A stretch of DNA of 64,000 nt from Octopus sinensis (lineage: Eukaryota). Where the stretch lies: NCBI RefSeq assembly GCF_006345805.1, contig NC_043000.1, positions 98,518,001 through 98,582,000 on the forward strand. The letters run 5' to 3'. The notes under the pieces are model-generated. The model was not told the DNA's origin and made no database searches. It saw only the letters and a list, made by a program, of their open reading frames with translations. The position numbers and the translations under genes were made by a program. Below are positions 55,300 through 64,000 of the stretch, piece after piece (the stretch's first letter is position 1; the number at the start of each line of letters is the position of its first letter).

Positions 55300-55470
55300 T
55301 ATGTCACCCTTTTAGCTTTAACCACCCCATGAGGTGCTTTGAGCTATAACGGGAAGCTTAATCTACGTGCCCTCAAGTCAATCGTGAAGCTATTGTTTCA
55401 GATTCCAAGTTTCAGCTCCATAAAGGAGAAATCTCTAGATTTGTTCTGAAGAAGACAATCCTTGCTCGCT
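55300..55470 (-). mobile_element. RTE-type LINE fragment
   Basis: Manual translation FLLYGAETWNL...LEGT...STSW. Confidence 0.5.
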
Positions 55471-55672
55471 CTGAAGTATTTGTTCGATTGCTCAATTTTA
55501 AAATTTATTACATACGCACCCGGATTGTTCTATTGCACCCAGCGTAATTACTCTCCCGTACCTTTATATATATAGTTAATCCAAACAAGAAAGCACAAAA
55601 AAATACAACAACGCGAGGACGTGGAACAAATATAGTATTATTGGACGCCCAGAAAAGAAGGAAAGGAGGAGG

Positions 55673-55707
55673 GTTTAACGTTTCGAGCGGAGCTCTTCGT
55701 CGGAAAC
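55673..55707 (-). ncRNA. minimal type I hammerhead-like motif (U4C)
   Basis: GUUU-CCGACGA-A-GAGC-UCC-GCUC-GAAACGUU^AAAC. Confidence 0.6.
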
Positions 55708-55801
55708 ATAGGAGATAGAAAGATCCATTGAAGGGAAGACAGAGGAAAAAAAATCGCCAACGGTACACACGCGGTCACATTTTCATATATATATATATAT
55801 T

Positions 55802-56190
55802 CTCTTTTACTCTTTTACCTGTTTCAGTCATTTGACTGTGGCCATGCTGGAGCACCGCCTTTAGTCGAGCAAATCGACCTCAAGACTTATTCTTTGTAAG
55901 CCTAGTACTTATTCTACCGAACCGCTAAGTTACGGGTACGTAAACACACTACCATCGGTTGTCAAGCGATGTTTGGGGTTGGGGGGTGGCAAACACAGAC
56001 ACACAAACATACACACACACATATATATACATACATATGACGGGCTTCTTTTAATTTTCGTCTACCAAAATCCACTTACAAGGCTTTGGTCAGCCCGAGG
56101 CTACAGTAGAAGACACTTGCCCAAGGTGCCACACAGTGGGAATGAACCATGTGGTTGGTAAGCAAGCTACTTACCACACAGCCACTCCTG
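55802..56190 (-). mobile_element. SINE family B, near full length
   Basis: Reverse complement of 60961-61368. Confidence 0.9.
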
Positions 56191-56215
56191 CGCTTATACA
56201 CAGCCAGTCCTGTTC

Positions 56216-56332
<117 letters not shown>

Positions 56333-56420
56333 AAAGTTTACGAAAAAAAACAAAGACGAAGACAGGTGGTATATAAAACAAACAGATGTATTAGTATAAC
56401 GCTCAGGAATAGAAAAAAGT

Positions 56421-56456
56421 CTTTTAAGTTTCGAACCTACGCTCTTCTACAGAAAG
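56421..56456 (-). ncRNA. degenerate minimal hammerhead-like motif (A6U)
   Basis: CUUU-CUGUAGA-A-GAGC-GUAG-GUUC-GAAAC-UUA-AAAG, within a repeat shared with ~58990-59180. Confidence 0.45.
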
Positions 56457-56520
56457 GTACACAGAAAAAACAAGGAGAGAAAAAAATGTGTGTAGTGGCT
56501 AACGACCTATCATGGCATCT

Positions 56521-56559
<39 letters not shown>

Positions 56560-57410
56560 ATATATTTATGTATATATATATGTACTGTGTGTTTGTGTGT
56601 ATTTTCAAATATTGCGTTTGAAGCTGCCTCTAACATAAAGTTTTAGTTTTGTGCTACTTATGTGATGTTATTGCCCACCTGCAGATCAGATAGATTTTAA
56701 AATATTTGTATATACTTCTAGCTGGCTATTTCGAATTCATTTCGGAGGTGGGACCAGCGCACGACACCGATGAGTAGTACAAAACTGCAAAGTATCTATA
56801 TCTGTCGTTCTCTGTCACTTCAGAAATTAGTTCATTTTAGCCTAACTTTGAAATATATATACTGTTTTGATTTTTGTTTTTTAACACTATACGTCTTTAA
56901 ACTAGCTTAGACTAAATACCGCAGCTACAAGCCTTTATCTACGCACATACACTAAATATGTAAGGGGGAAAAGAAAGAAAGAAGAAAAAACAAAATATGT
57001 GCGTGAAGTAAAAAACAAAAACTGAGGTGCCTGGGAGACGCAAAAAGAAAAAAGAGGAAAGAAAATTGGGTCGTAAAGTTAAAAACAAAGGAAGAAAGTC
57101 ATGTGGATTCGGCCGTAACGAGTTTGTAGTACCAGTGACATTTGCAGTACCCAGTGACTCACTTTCAAACATAAATAGGGAAATAATGCTAATAAACACA
57201 AACACGGACACACGCTTGCACGCATGCACACACGCACATACACACCTATACGTATGTATGTATACATGCAGGTATATATGTATTCATATATATATGTATA
57301 TATATATGTATGTGTGTATATATATATATATGTATGTATGTATATATATATATATGTGTGTGTATATATATATATATGTATGTATGTGTGTATATATATA
57401 TATATGTATG

Positions 57411-57481
<71 letters not shown>

Positions 57482-58552
57482 CATATATATATATATACAT
57501 ATATATACATACATATATATATACACATATATATCCACATATATATATATATACATATATATATATCATATATATACACACACACACATATATATATATT
57601 ACATATATATATATACATATATATATATACATATATATAATGTGTGTATATGTACATGTAGAGGTAGGTACGTACATATATGTTTATATATATGCATATG
57701 TTCTATTTTATTAACATATTATACGACTAAACGCACGCACCCTATTAAGTAAGATTGTTCTGTTTATCAAGTTAGCCTTGATATTAACTCTCACGCGACT
57801 CTGCATCTTTCTTTCTTTCTCTCCCATTCCCTTTTTCGTCTTTTTTCCCTCACTTAACTTGTCTCTTCCTCTCTCTCTCCCCCTCACCGTTCTTCATGGT
57901 CTCCTCGCACCATTCCCCTTCTTCTCTCTCTTCCTGTTGCTCCTCCTTCCCCATTCCCGTCGTCCATCTGCGACGATACTTCCGTCGTAACTGCTATCCT
58001 GTCTTTTCTCACCCGCCTTCTAAGGCTACTGGTCGACATTCTTTCTCTCTCGTCGTCCACTATAATCCAGCGTTTGCAATACTTTTTTTCGTCTGGCGTT
58101 AACAGCCCTTCTTATCTTGTTCTCCTTGTCCTGTCTCTCACTGTTATATATTTATGTTTCCACTGTTTATATATATATTTCTTACTGTTTATATGTTTGT
58201 ACTGTCGTTACCGTCTTGCTTTTTTTACCCTCTGCGAAAAGATCTCAGAATTTTATTGATTTGCTTTTCGCAGGAAGGAAGTTTTCTTCGAAGTATACGT
58301 CTCGCTTTTATCCTTCGAAACGTTTAGTAGATGAAACCTTAGCGACTGAAGAAGGGGATTTTTCGTTGTGCTTATTGTCCTGTATCTCCTTTTCTTTTGC
58401 TTGTCTTGTTCCTTGGTTTGTGTCTATGTTTTTCGTCTCTCTATGTGTTCGACGTCTTTTTGGTGTCCTGTACACATATATGCGTGTATATGTACCTGTA
58501 GAGGTAGGTACGTACATATATGTTTATATATATGCATATGTTCTATTTTATT

Positions 58553-58590
<38 letters not shown>

Positions 58591-58602
58591 TACATACATG
58601 AA

Positions 58603-58935
58603 GGCGCATGGCTCAGTGGTTAGAGCGTCGAGCTTACGATCGTGAGGTTGTGAGCTCGAATCCCGGACCGGGCTGCGTGTTGTGTTCTTGAGCAAGGCAC
58701 TTTATTTCACGTTGCTCCTGTTCACTCAGCTGTAGAAATGAGTTGCGACGTCACTGGTGCCAAGCTATATCGACCTTTGTTTTTCCCTTGGATAACACTG
58801 GTGGCGTGGAGAGGGGAGGCCGGTATGCATGGGCGACTGCTGGTCTTCCATAAACAACCTCGCCCGGACTTGTGTCTGGAAGGGTAACTTTCTAGGTGCA
58901 ATCCCATGGTCTGTGTCGTGACCGAAGGTGGTCTC
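58603..58935 (+). mobile_element. tRNA-derived CORE-like SINE, family C
   Basis: GGCGCATGGCTCAGTGGTTAGAGCG...CTCGAATCCC head. TGTTCTTGAGCAAGGCACTT...CAGCTGTAGAAATG resembles the CORE domain. Confidence 0.85.
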
Positions 58936-58953
58936 CGAAACATACATACATAT

Positions 58954-58991
<38 letters not shown>

Positions 58992-59087
58992 CGGGAAGCT
59001 TTATGAAATAGACAAAAGACGAAGGCAGGTGGAAAACAAACAAACAATTGTATTAGTATGGCGCTCAGGAATATAAATAAAACAAGT

Positions 59088-59123
59088 CTTTAACGTTTCG
59101 AGCCTACGCTCTTCAACAGAAAG
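59088..59123 (-). ncRNA. minimal hammerhead-like motif (A6U)
   Basis: CUUU-CUGUUGA-A-GAGC-GUAG-GCUC-GAAACGUU^AAAG. Confidence 0.55.
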
Positions 59124-59859
59124 ATACACAGAGAAAAAAGCACAGAAAGAAGGAGAGAAAAAAATGCGTGCAGTAACTAACGAATCAACATGGCGATCTG
59201 ATTTCGGCCAGAAGTCAAAGATCAAACATGAGACGCGAGAACGAAATTAGGGGAGATAATAGGGTTGAATGACCAGCTCCAACATAAGGGTGTGTGTGTG
59301 TGTATGAGAGAGTATTAGTGCGTATGAGAGGTCTGGACGTGTGTATGTATAGGGTTGGTGTATGTATTAGTATGTATTAGTATGTATAAGTGTGTGTGTG
59401 TGTGTGTGTGTGTGTATGAGAGAGTATTAGTGCGTATGAGAGGTCTGGACGTGTGTATGTAAAGGGTTATATATATATATATATTCACGCATACAGAGAC
59501 AGAGAAAGAGAAAGAACAGAGAAAAAGAAACGGAGAGAAGAGGAGGGAAAGAGAGAAGGAGGAAGAGAGGGATAGGTTGAGAGAGAGGGAGAGGAAGAGA
59601 GAGAGCGAGAGAGGCAGAGAGAGAGAGAGAAACTAGAGTTTGACTGTCAGAAAAAGAGTACTTAATACCATAGTAGAGATTAATGATATTTTATTTAAGT
59701 CGAGTTAATCTCTTGCTACTCTGACTTCCGCCCGTGGGTGCATGGGGTCTTCAGGCAAGTTACGACTAAATAAATAATGGAATTTGCACATCTATTTATA
59801 GAATTCCCGTCGTATGATGGTGGAGTGAAAATACGTATATGTGTACGTGTATAGGCGCA

Positions 59860-59950
59860 GAGTGTCTTTTACCCAAGGTGCTACCTTGTGAGACTGACCC
59901 CGGAACCATGTTGTTGGGAAGCAAGCATCTTACTACACAGCCACGCCCGG
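59860..59950 (-). mobile_element. SINE family B head fragment
   Basis: CCCAAGGTGC...GACCCCGGAACCATGTTGTTGGGAAGCAAGC..ACACAGCCAC. Confidence 0.7.
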
Positions 59951-59954
59951 TATG

Positions 59955-60070
59955 AATGTGATTGTTCAGTTTTTTTCCAGATTTCTTGCCAATAGAGAGA
60001 TAGCCGGTTTCTAACCTAGATCCAAGGCTCTTTCATTGGAATTTCAACATCATCAACAAGGTATTTTTGT
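59955..60070 (-). mobile_element. solo 3' UTR of the RLE LINE at 34700-38010
   Basis: Reverse complement matches ~37900-38005 (GATGTTGAAATTC.AATGAA.GAGCCTTGGATCTAGGT.AGAAACCGGCT). Confidence 0.8.
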
Positions 60071-60279
60071 ATGTATGTATGTATGCATTGATGTACGTAT
60101 GCATGTATGTACGTATGCATGTATGTATGTATGTATGTATGTATGTATGTATGTATGTATGTATGTATGTATGTATGTATGTGTGTATGTATGTATGTAT
60201 GTATGTATGTCTGTATGTATGTATGTGTGCATGTATGTGGGTATGTATGTATGTATTATGTGTGTAAACGACATACAAA

Positions 60280-60456
60280 GGTACATGAAGCCCAGTTACA
60301 ACTACAGCCGGCTATTACCAGTAAAGGTTTTAGTTGCCAATTTTGTACAAGACATTGTAGATCTTTAGCTGGGCTAAACAGTCACATTCGATCACAGCAC
60401 CAGTAACAGTTAAGCTTGGTGCAATGGCCATACTCGATAACGAGAGGGCAGCCATA
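60280..60456 (+). mobile_element. RTE LINE extreme 3' end
   Basis: FSCQFCTRHCRSLAGLNSHIRSQHQ* terminal zinc-finger-like motif plus GGCCATACTCGATAACGAGAGGGCAGCCAT 3' UTR. Confidence 0.7.
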
Positions 60457-60519
60457 ATGTGTATGTATGTATGTATGTATGTATGTATGTATGTATGTAT
60501 GTATGTATGTATGTATGTA

Positions 60520-60830
60520 CCTTACGACTTATAGTAATCTCTATCACAATGAACTGCTCATCGGTAACACTAATCCACACTCTGGGATTATCATCAATGA
60601 TGTTCCAGATCAACTGAACGAGCTGAGCTGTCGCGTGAGACCTCGGCTTGGCGAAAATATCTTTGTCTTTTGGCCACAGACGACGCGTCCTCACCATAAA
60701 ACTCTTGCTTTTTCTTGATGTTGAACACTCATGACTTAACCACTTTCAACAAACTTGGCGATCTGCAAATGGTGGTGAGTGTCATGGCTATTGTATGTCT
60801 TTTAATTTCCTGTATCAGATCGGAAGCTGC
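60520..60830 (-). mobile_element. Tc1/mariner transposase N-terminal remnant
   Basis: ...LVQLIWNIIDDNPRV.. preceded by a GR..G..K-like linker, resembling the mariner HTH region. Confidence 0.45.
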
Positions 60831-60960
60831 CACGCTGATGCAGTCAATACATTTGGTAGGAATATGAGAAAGCTAAGATTTGGTGCATACCACATAACAA
60901 AACTTTAATTCATCTCCCATCTATAGTTGGTTAAATTTTGTCGACTTATAACAAACATAT

Positions 60961-61368
60961 AGGCGTAGGAGTGGCTGTGTGGTAAGTAGCTTGCTTACTA
61001 ACCACATGGTTCCGGGTTCAGTCCCATTGCGTGGCATCTTGGGCAACTGTCTTCTGCTATTGCCTCGGGCCGACCAATGCCTTGTGAGTGGATTTGGTAG
61101 GCGGAAACTGAAAGAAGCCTGTCGTATATATGTATATATATATATATGTGTGTGTATGTTTGTGTGTCTGTGTTTGTTCCCCTAGCATTGCTTGACAACC
61201 GATGCTGGTGTGTTTACGTCCCCGTCACTTAGCGGTTCGGCAAAAGAGACCGATAGAATAAGTACTGGGCTTACAAAGAATAAGTCCCGGGCCGATTTGC
61301 TCGACTAAAGGCGGTGCTCCAGCATGGCCGCAGTCAAATGACTGAAACAAGTAAAAGAGTAAAAGAGA
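60961..61368 (+). mobile_element. SINE family B, full-length reference copy (tRNA head, CORE-like segment, microsatellite-bearing body)
   Basis: AGGCGTAGGAGTGGCTGTGTGGTAAG, GGTTCAGTCCC, GGCATCTTGGGCAACTGTCTT, tail AGTAAAAGAGTAAAAGAG. Similar in design to the octopus OR-type CORE-SINEs (from memory, not aligned). Confidence 0.9.
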
Positions 61369-61601
61369 GACTGTTGGACTGTGGGAGTAGTATGTGTGGT
61401 GTATCTGTTTAAGCTCGCACACACACACACGCACATACACACACATACATACGTACACACACACACGCACACACATACACATGCATGCTCAACCACATGC
61501 ACACACGTGCACACACATACACACACGTTCGCACACACTTGCACACACGCATAAACATGCACACACACTCATACATACGCACATACACACGCCACACATG
61601 C

Positions 61602-61674
<73 letters not shown>

Positions 61675-62130
61675 ATGAATGTACACGCGCATATATAAAA
61701 AAATGGGAAAAAATTATAAAAATAAGAGTTTCTATTGTGTAAAGTTTTATATATACATATTTGAAATAAATATTGTTTGTTTATTAACATAAGAGGTAAA
61801 TATGTTATATGTCTATATAAATTTCTGAAAAATATATTCAAAATGACGGTTTCCCACAAAAAAATGTCATATTTATAATTTTTTGCGTTTTTACAAAGTG
61901 AGTTTTACGTCAAAAGACTGAATCACATTTTACCGGAGGGTTCTCAAAAAAGAAAGTTTTATTGAATATAAATATTTAGTGCATCTCTTTAACTAAACAA
62001 GTTTTACAGGAAAAAGAAAATGAGGTTTGCAGGTAAAAAGAAACCTTATATATAAAGCTAAGCACTTTATGCATGCGAAACCATTGATCAACTTAGAGGT
62101 GCTTCTTTTCGGATATATGATTCACAGACG

Positions 62131-62187
<57 letters not shown>

Positions 62188-62675
62188 AAGTTAAATGCGA
62201 TACAATAAAATTAATTATAATCGCCGGTGTACCAGTACACGCCATATATATACATATATAAATTACATTCAAGGCGAAGTGTGCACTAGATACACAAAAG
62301 CTGGATAAATTTAGTGAGATGAAAATTAAAACTTTTACAAACTTAGCTTTTCTTATACTGCAGTTTCGCCAAATTCAGTAATAAAAATAATATTTATTAA
62401 TAAAAATAATATTTAGTAATAAATATATATATATATATATATATATTCATAATTAATCAATATAGGGTGGCAGAAAAATTTTGTAGAATTTTTTTGCCAC
62501 CAGCGGCCTAGTGGGAAAAAATTAAATAGTCATAGACCATTTTTAAGTTCAACATCACAATCAAGGAACGGCCATAATAGGCCATTCACCCACTAGAAAT
62601 AACAGCCAAAAGTTTAACCGCAAAATAACATCAATTCCGTAAACCAGGAGAAAATTAAAAAACATTTACCCTGTA

Positions 62676-62781
62676 ATTTCTTATACGATGCACCGTTTCA
62701 TCTACTGTTTAATGGTAAACTAACCTGATTAAATTAAATCAAGCCGATCTACCATAGGCCTTAGATTCATCAGTAAGAAAT
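62676..62781 (-). ncRNA. type I hammerhead ribozyme, repeat unit 1
   Basis: AUUUCUUA-CUGAUGA-AUCUA...UAGAU-GAAACG-GUGCAU-CGUA^UAAGAAAU. Confidence 0.85.
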
Positions 62782-63160
62782 AGCCAAGTCGGAACAGATA
62801 TTTTTCACGAGGCATTCCCGTCCCTGCCTCGGCAATATCTGACCTAAAATTTTCAAATCATCGCACTCGCGCCAAATTTATCGGCAGCAAATAAATATAA
62901 GCCGCCGATTCCATTACGGAACTAACAGAAAATTCATAATTAATCAATATAGGGTGGCAGAAAAATTTTGTAGAATTTTTTTGCCACCAGCGGCCTAGTG
63001 GAAAAAATTAAATAGTCATAGACCATTTTTAAGTTCAATCACAATCAAGGAACGGCCATAATAGGCCATTCACCCACTAGAAATAACAGCCAAAAGCTTT
63101 AACCGCCAAAATAACATCAATTCCGTAACCAGGAGAAAATTAAAAAACATTTACCCTGTA

Positions 63161-63264
63161 ATTTCTTATACGATGCACCGTTTCATCTACTGTTTAATGG
63201 TAAATAACCTGATTAAATTAAATCAAGCCAATCTACCATGGCCCTTAGATTCATCAGTAAGAAT
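63161..63264 (-). ncRNA. type I hammerhead ribozyme, repeat unit 2
   Basis: Same core and stems. One-base indel in the stem I 5' strand. Confidence 0.8.
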
Positions 63265-63686
63265 AGCCAAGTCGGAACAGATATTTTTCACGAGGCATTC
63301 CCGTCCCTGCCTCGGCAATATCTGACCTAAAATTTTCAAATCATCGCACTCGCGCCAAATTTATCGGCAGCAAATAAATATAAGCCGCCGATTCCATTAC
63401 GGAACTAACCAGAAAATTCATAATTAATCAATATAGGGTGGCAGAAAAATTTTGTAGAATTTTTGCCACCAGCGGCTAGTGGGAAAAAATTAAATAGTCA
63501 TAGACCATTTTTAAGTTCAACATCACCAATCAAGAACGGCCATAATAGGCCATTCACCACTAGAAATATTTATATTTATTGCTGCCGATAAATTTGGCGC
63601 GAGTGCGATGATTTGAAAATTTTAGGTCAGATATTGCCGAGGCAGGGACGGGAATGCCTCGTGAAAATATACTGTTCCGACTTGGC

Positions 63687-63793
63687 TATTTCTTACTGAT
63701 GAATCTAAGGGCCTATGGTAGATTGGCTTGATTAATTTAATCAGGTTAGTTTACCATTAACAGTAGATGAAACGGTGCATCGTATAAGAAATA
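63687..63793 (+). ncRNA. type I hammerhead ribozyme, inverted unit
   Basis: TATTTCTTA(63687-95), CTGATGA(63696-702), ATCTA/TAGAT, GAAAC(63769-73), GTA(63782-84)^TAAGAAATA; 9-bp stem I. Confidence 0.88.
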
Positions 63794-64000
63794 CAGGGTA
63801 AATGTTTTTTAATTTTCTCCTGGTTACGGAATTGATGTTATTTTGCGTGTTAAAGCTTTTGGCTGTTATTTCTAGTGGGTGAATGGCCTATTATGGCCGT
63901 TCCTTGATTGTGATGTTGAACTTAAAAATGGTCTATGACTATTTAATTTTCCCACTAGGCCGCTGGTGGCAAAAAATTCTACAAAATTTTTCTGCCACCC

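Larger units (their letters stand above)
62445..64000. repeat. ~485-bp tandem repeat: units at 62445, 62932, 63416 (partial), then an inverted unit from ~63569
   Basis: ATTCATAATTAATCAATATAGGGTGGCAG recurs at 487- and 484-bp spacing. 63569-64000 is the reverse complement. Confidence 0.97.

Noticed and set aside
58603-58675. Bona fide tRNA gene (also 2869, 19445, 20297)
   Set aside because: Cloverleaf is imperfect and the heads run into SINE bodies; treated as SINE heads.
62445-64000. CRISPR array, or a Pol III promoter within the satellite
   Set aside because: Units are full-length tandem copies with no unique spacers and the context is eukaryotic. An A-box-like TGGCGCGAGTG occurs at ~63596 but has no convincing B-box.

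Overview
AT-rich, microsatellite-saturated metazoan non-coding DNA. No host protein-coding gene is recognisable. The SINE families and repeat landscape point to an Octopus genome (inference). Contents: dozens of tRNA-derived SINE copies from at least four families, decayed retrotransposons (two Penelope-like elements, RTE, R4/Dong-like RLE LINEs, two gag/ORF1-like zinc-knuckle cassettes), a decayed hAT transposase, mariner remnants, several MITE/foldback palindromes and one 100-N gap. The main result is an unusual concentration of hammerhead ribozyme (HHR) motifs. (1) A ~485-bp tandem repeat at the window end carries a complete type I hammerhead in every full unit, i.e. a retrozyme/ribozyme-satellite. 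(2) An isolated hammerhead at 31858-31916 has the Schistosoma Sm-alpha architecture and a compensatory U3-A8 core. (3) A tRNA-headed SINE ends in a hammerhead-like tail. (4) Several Penelope-type minimal hammerheads have variant cores. All folds were read by eye; none was computed or tested. Most mobile-element boundaries are approximate.
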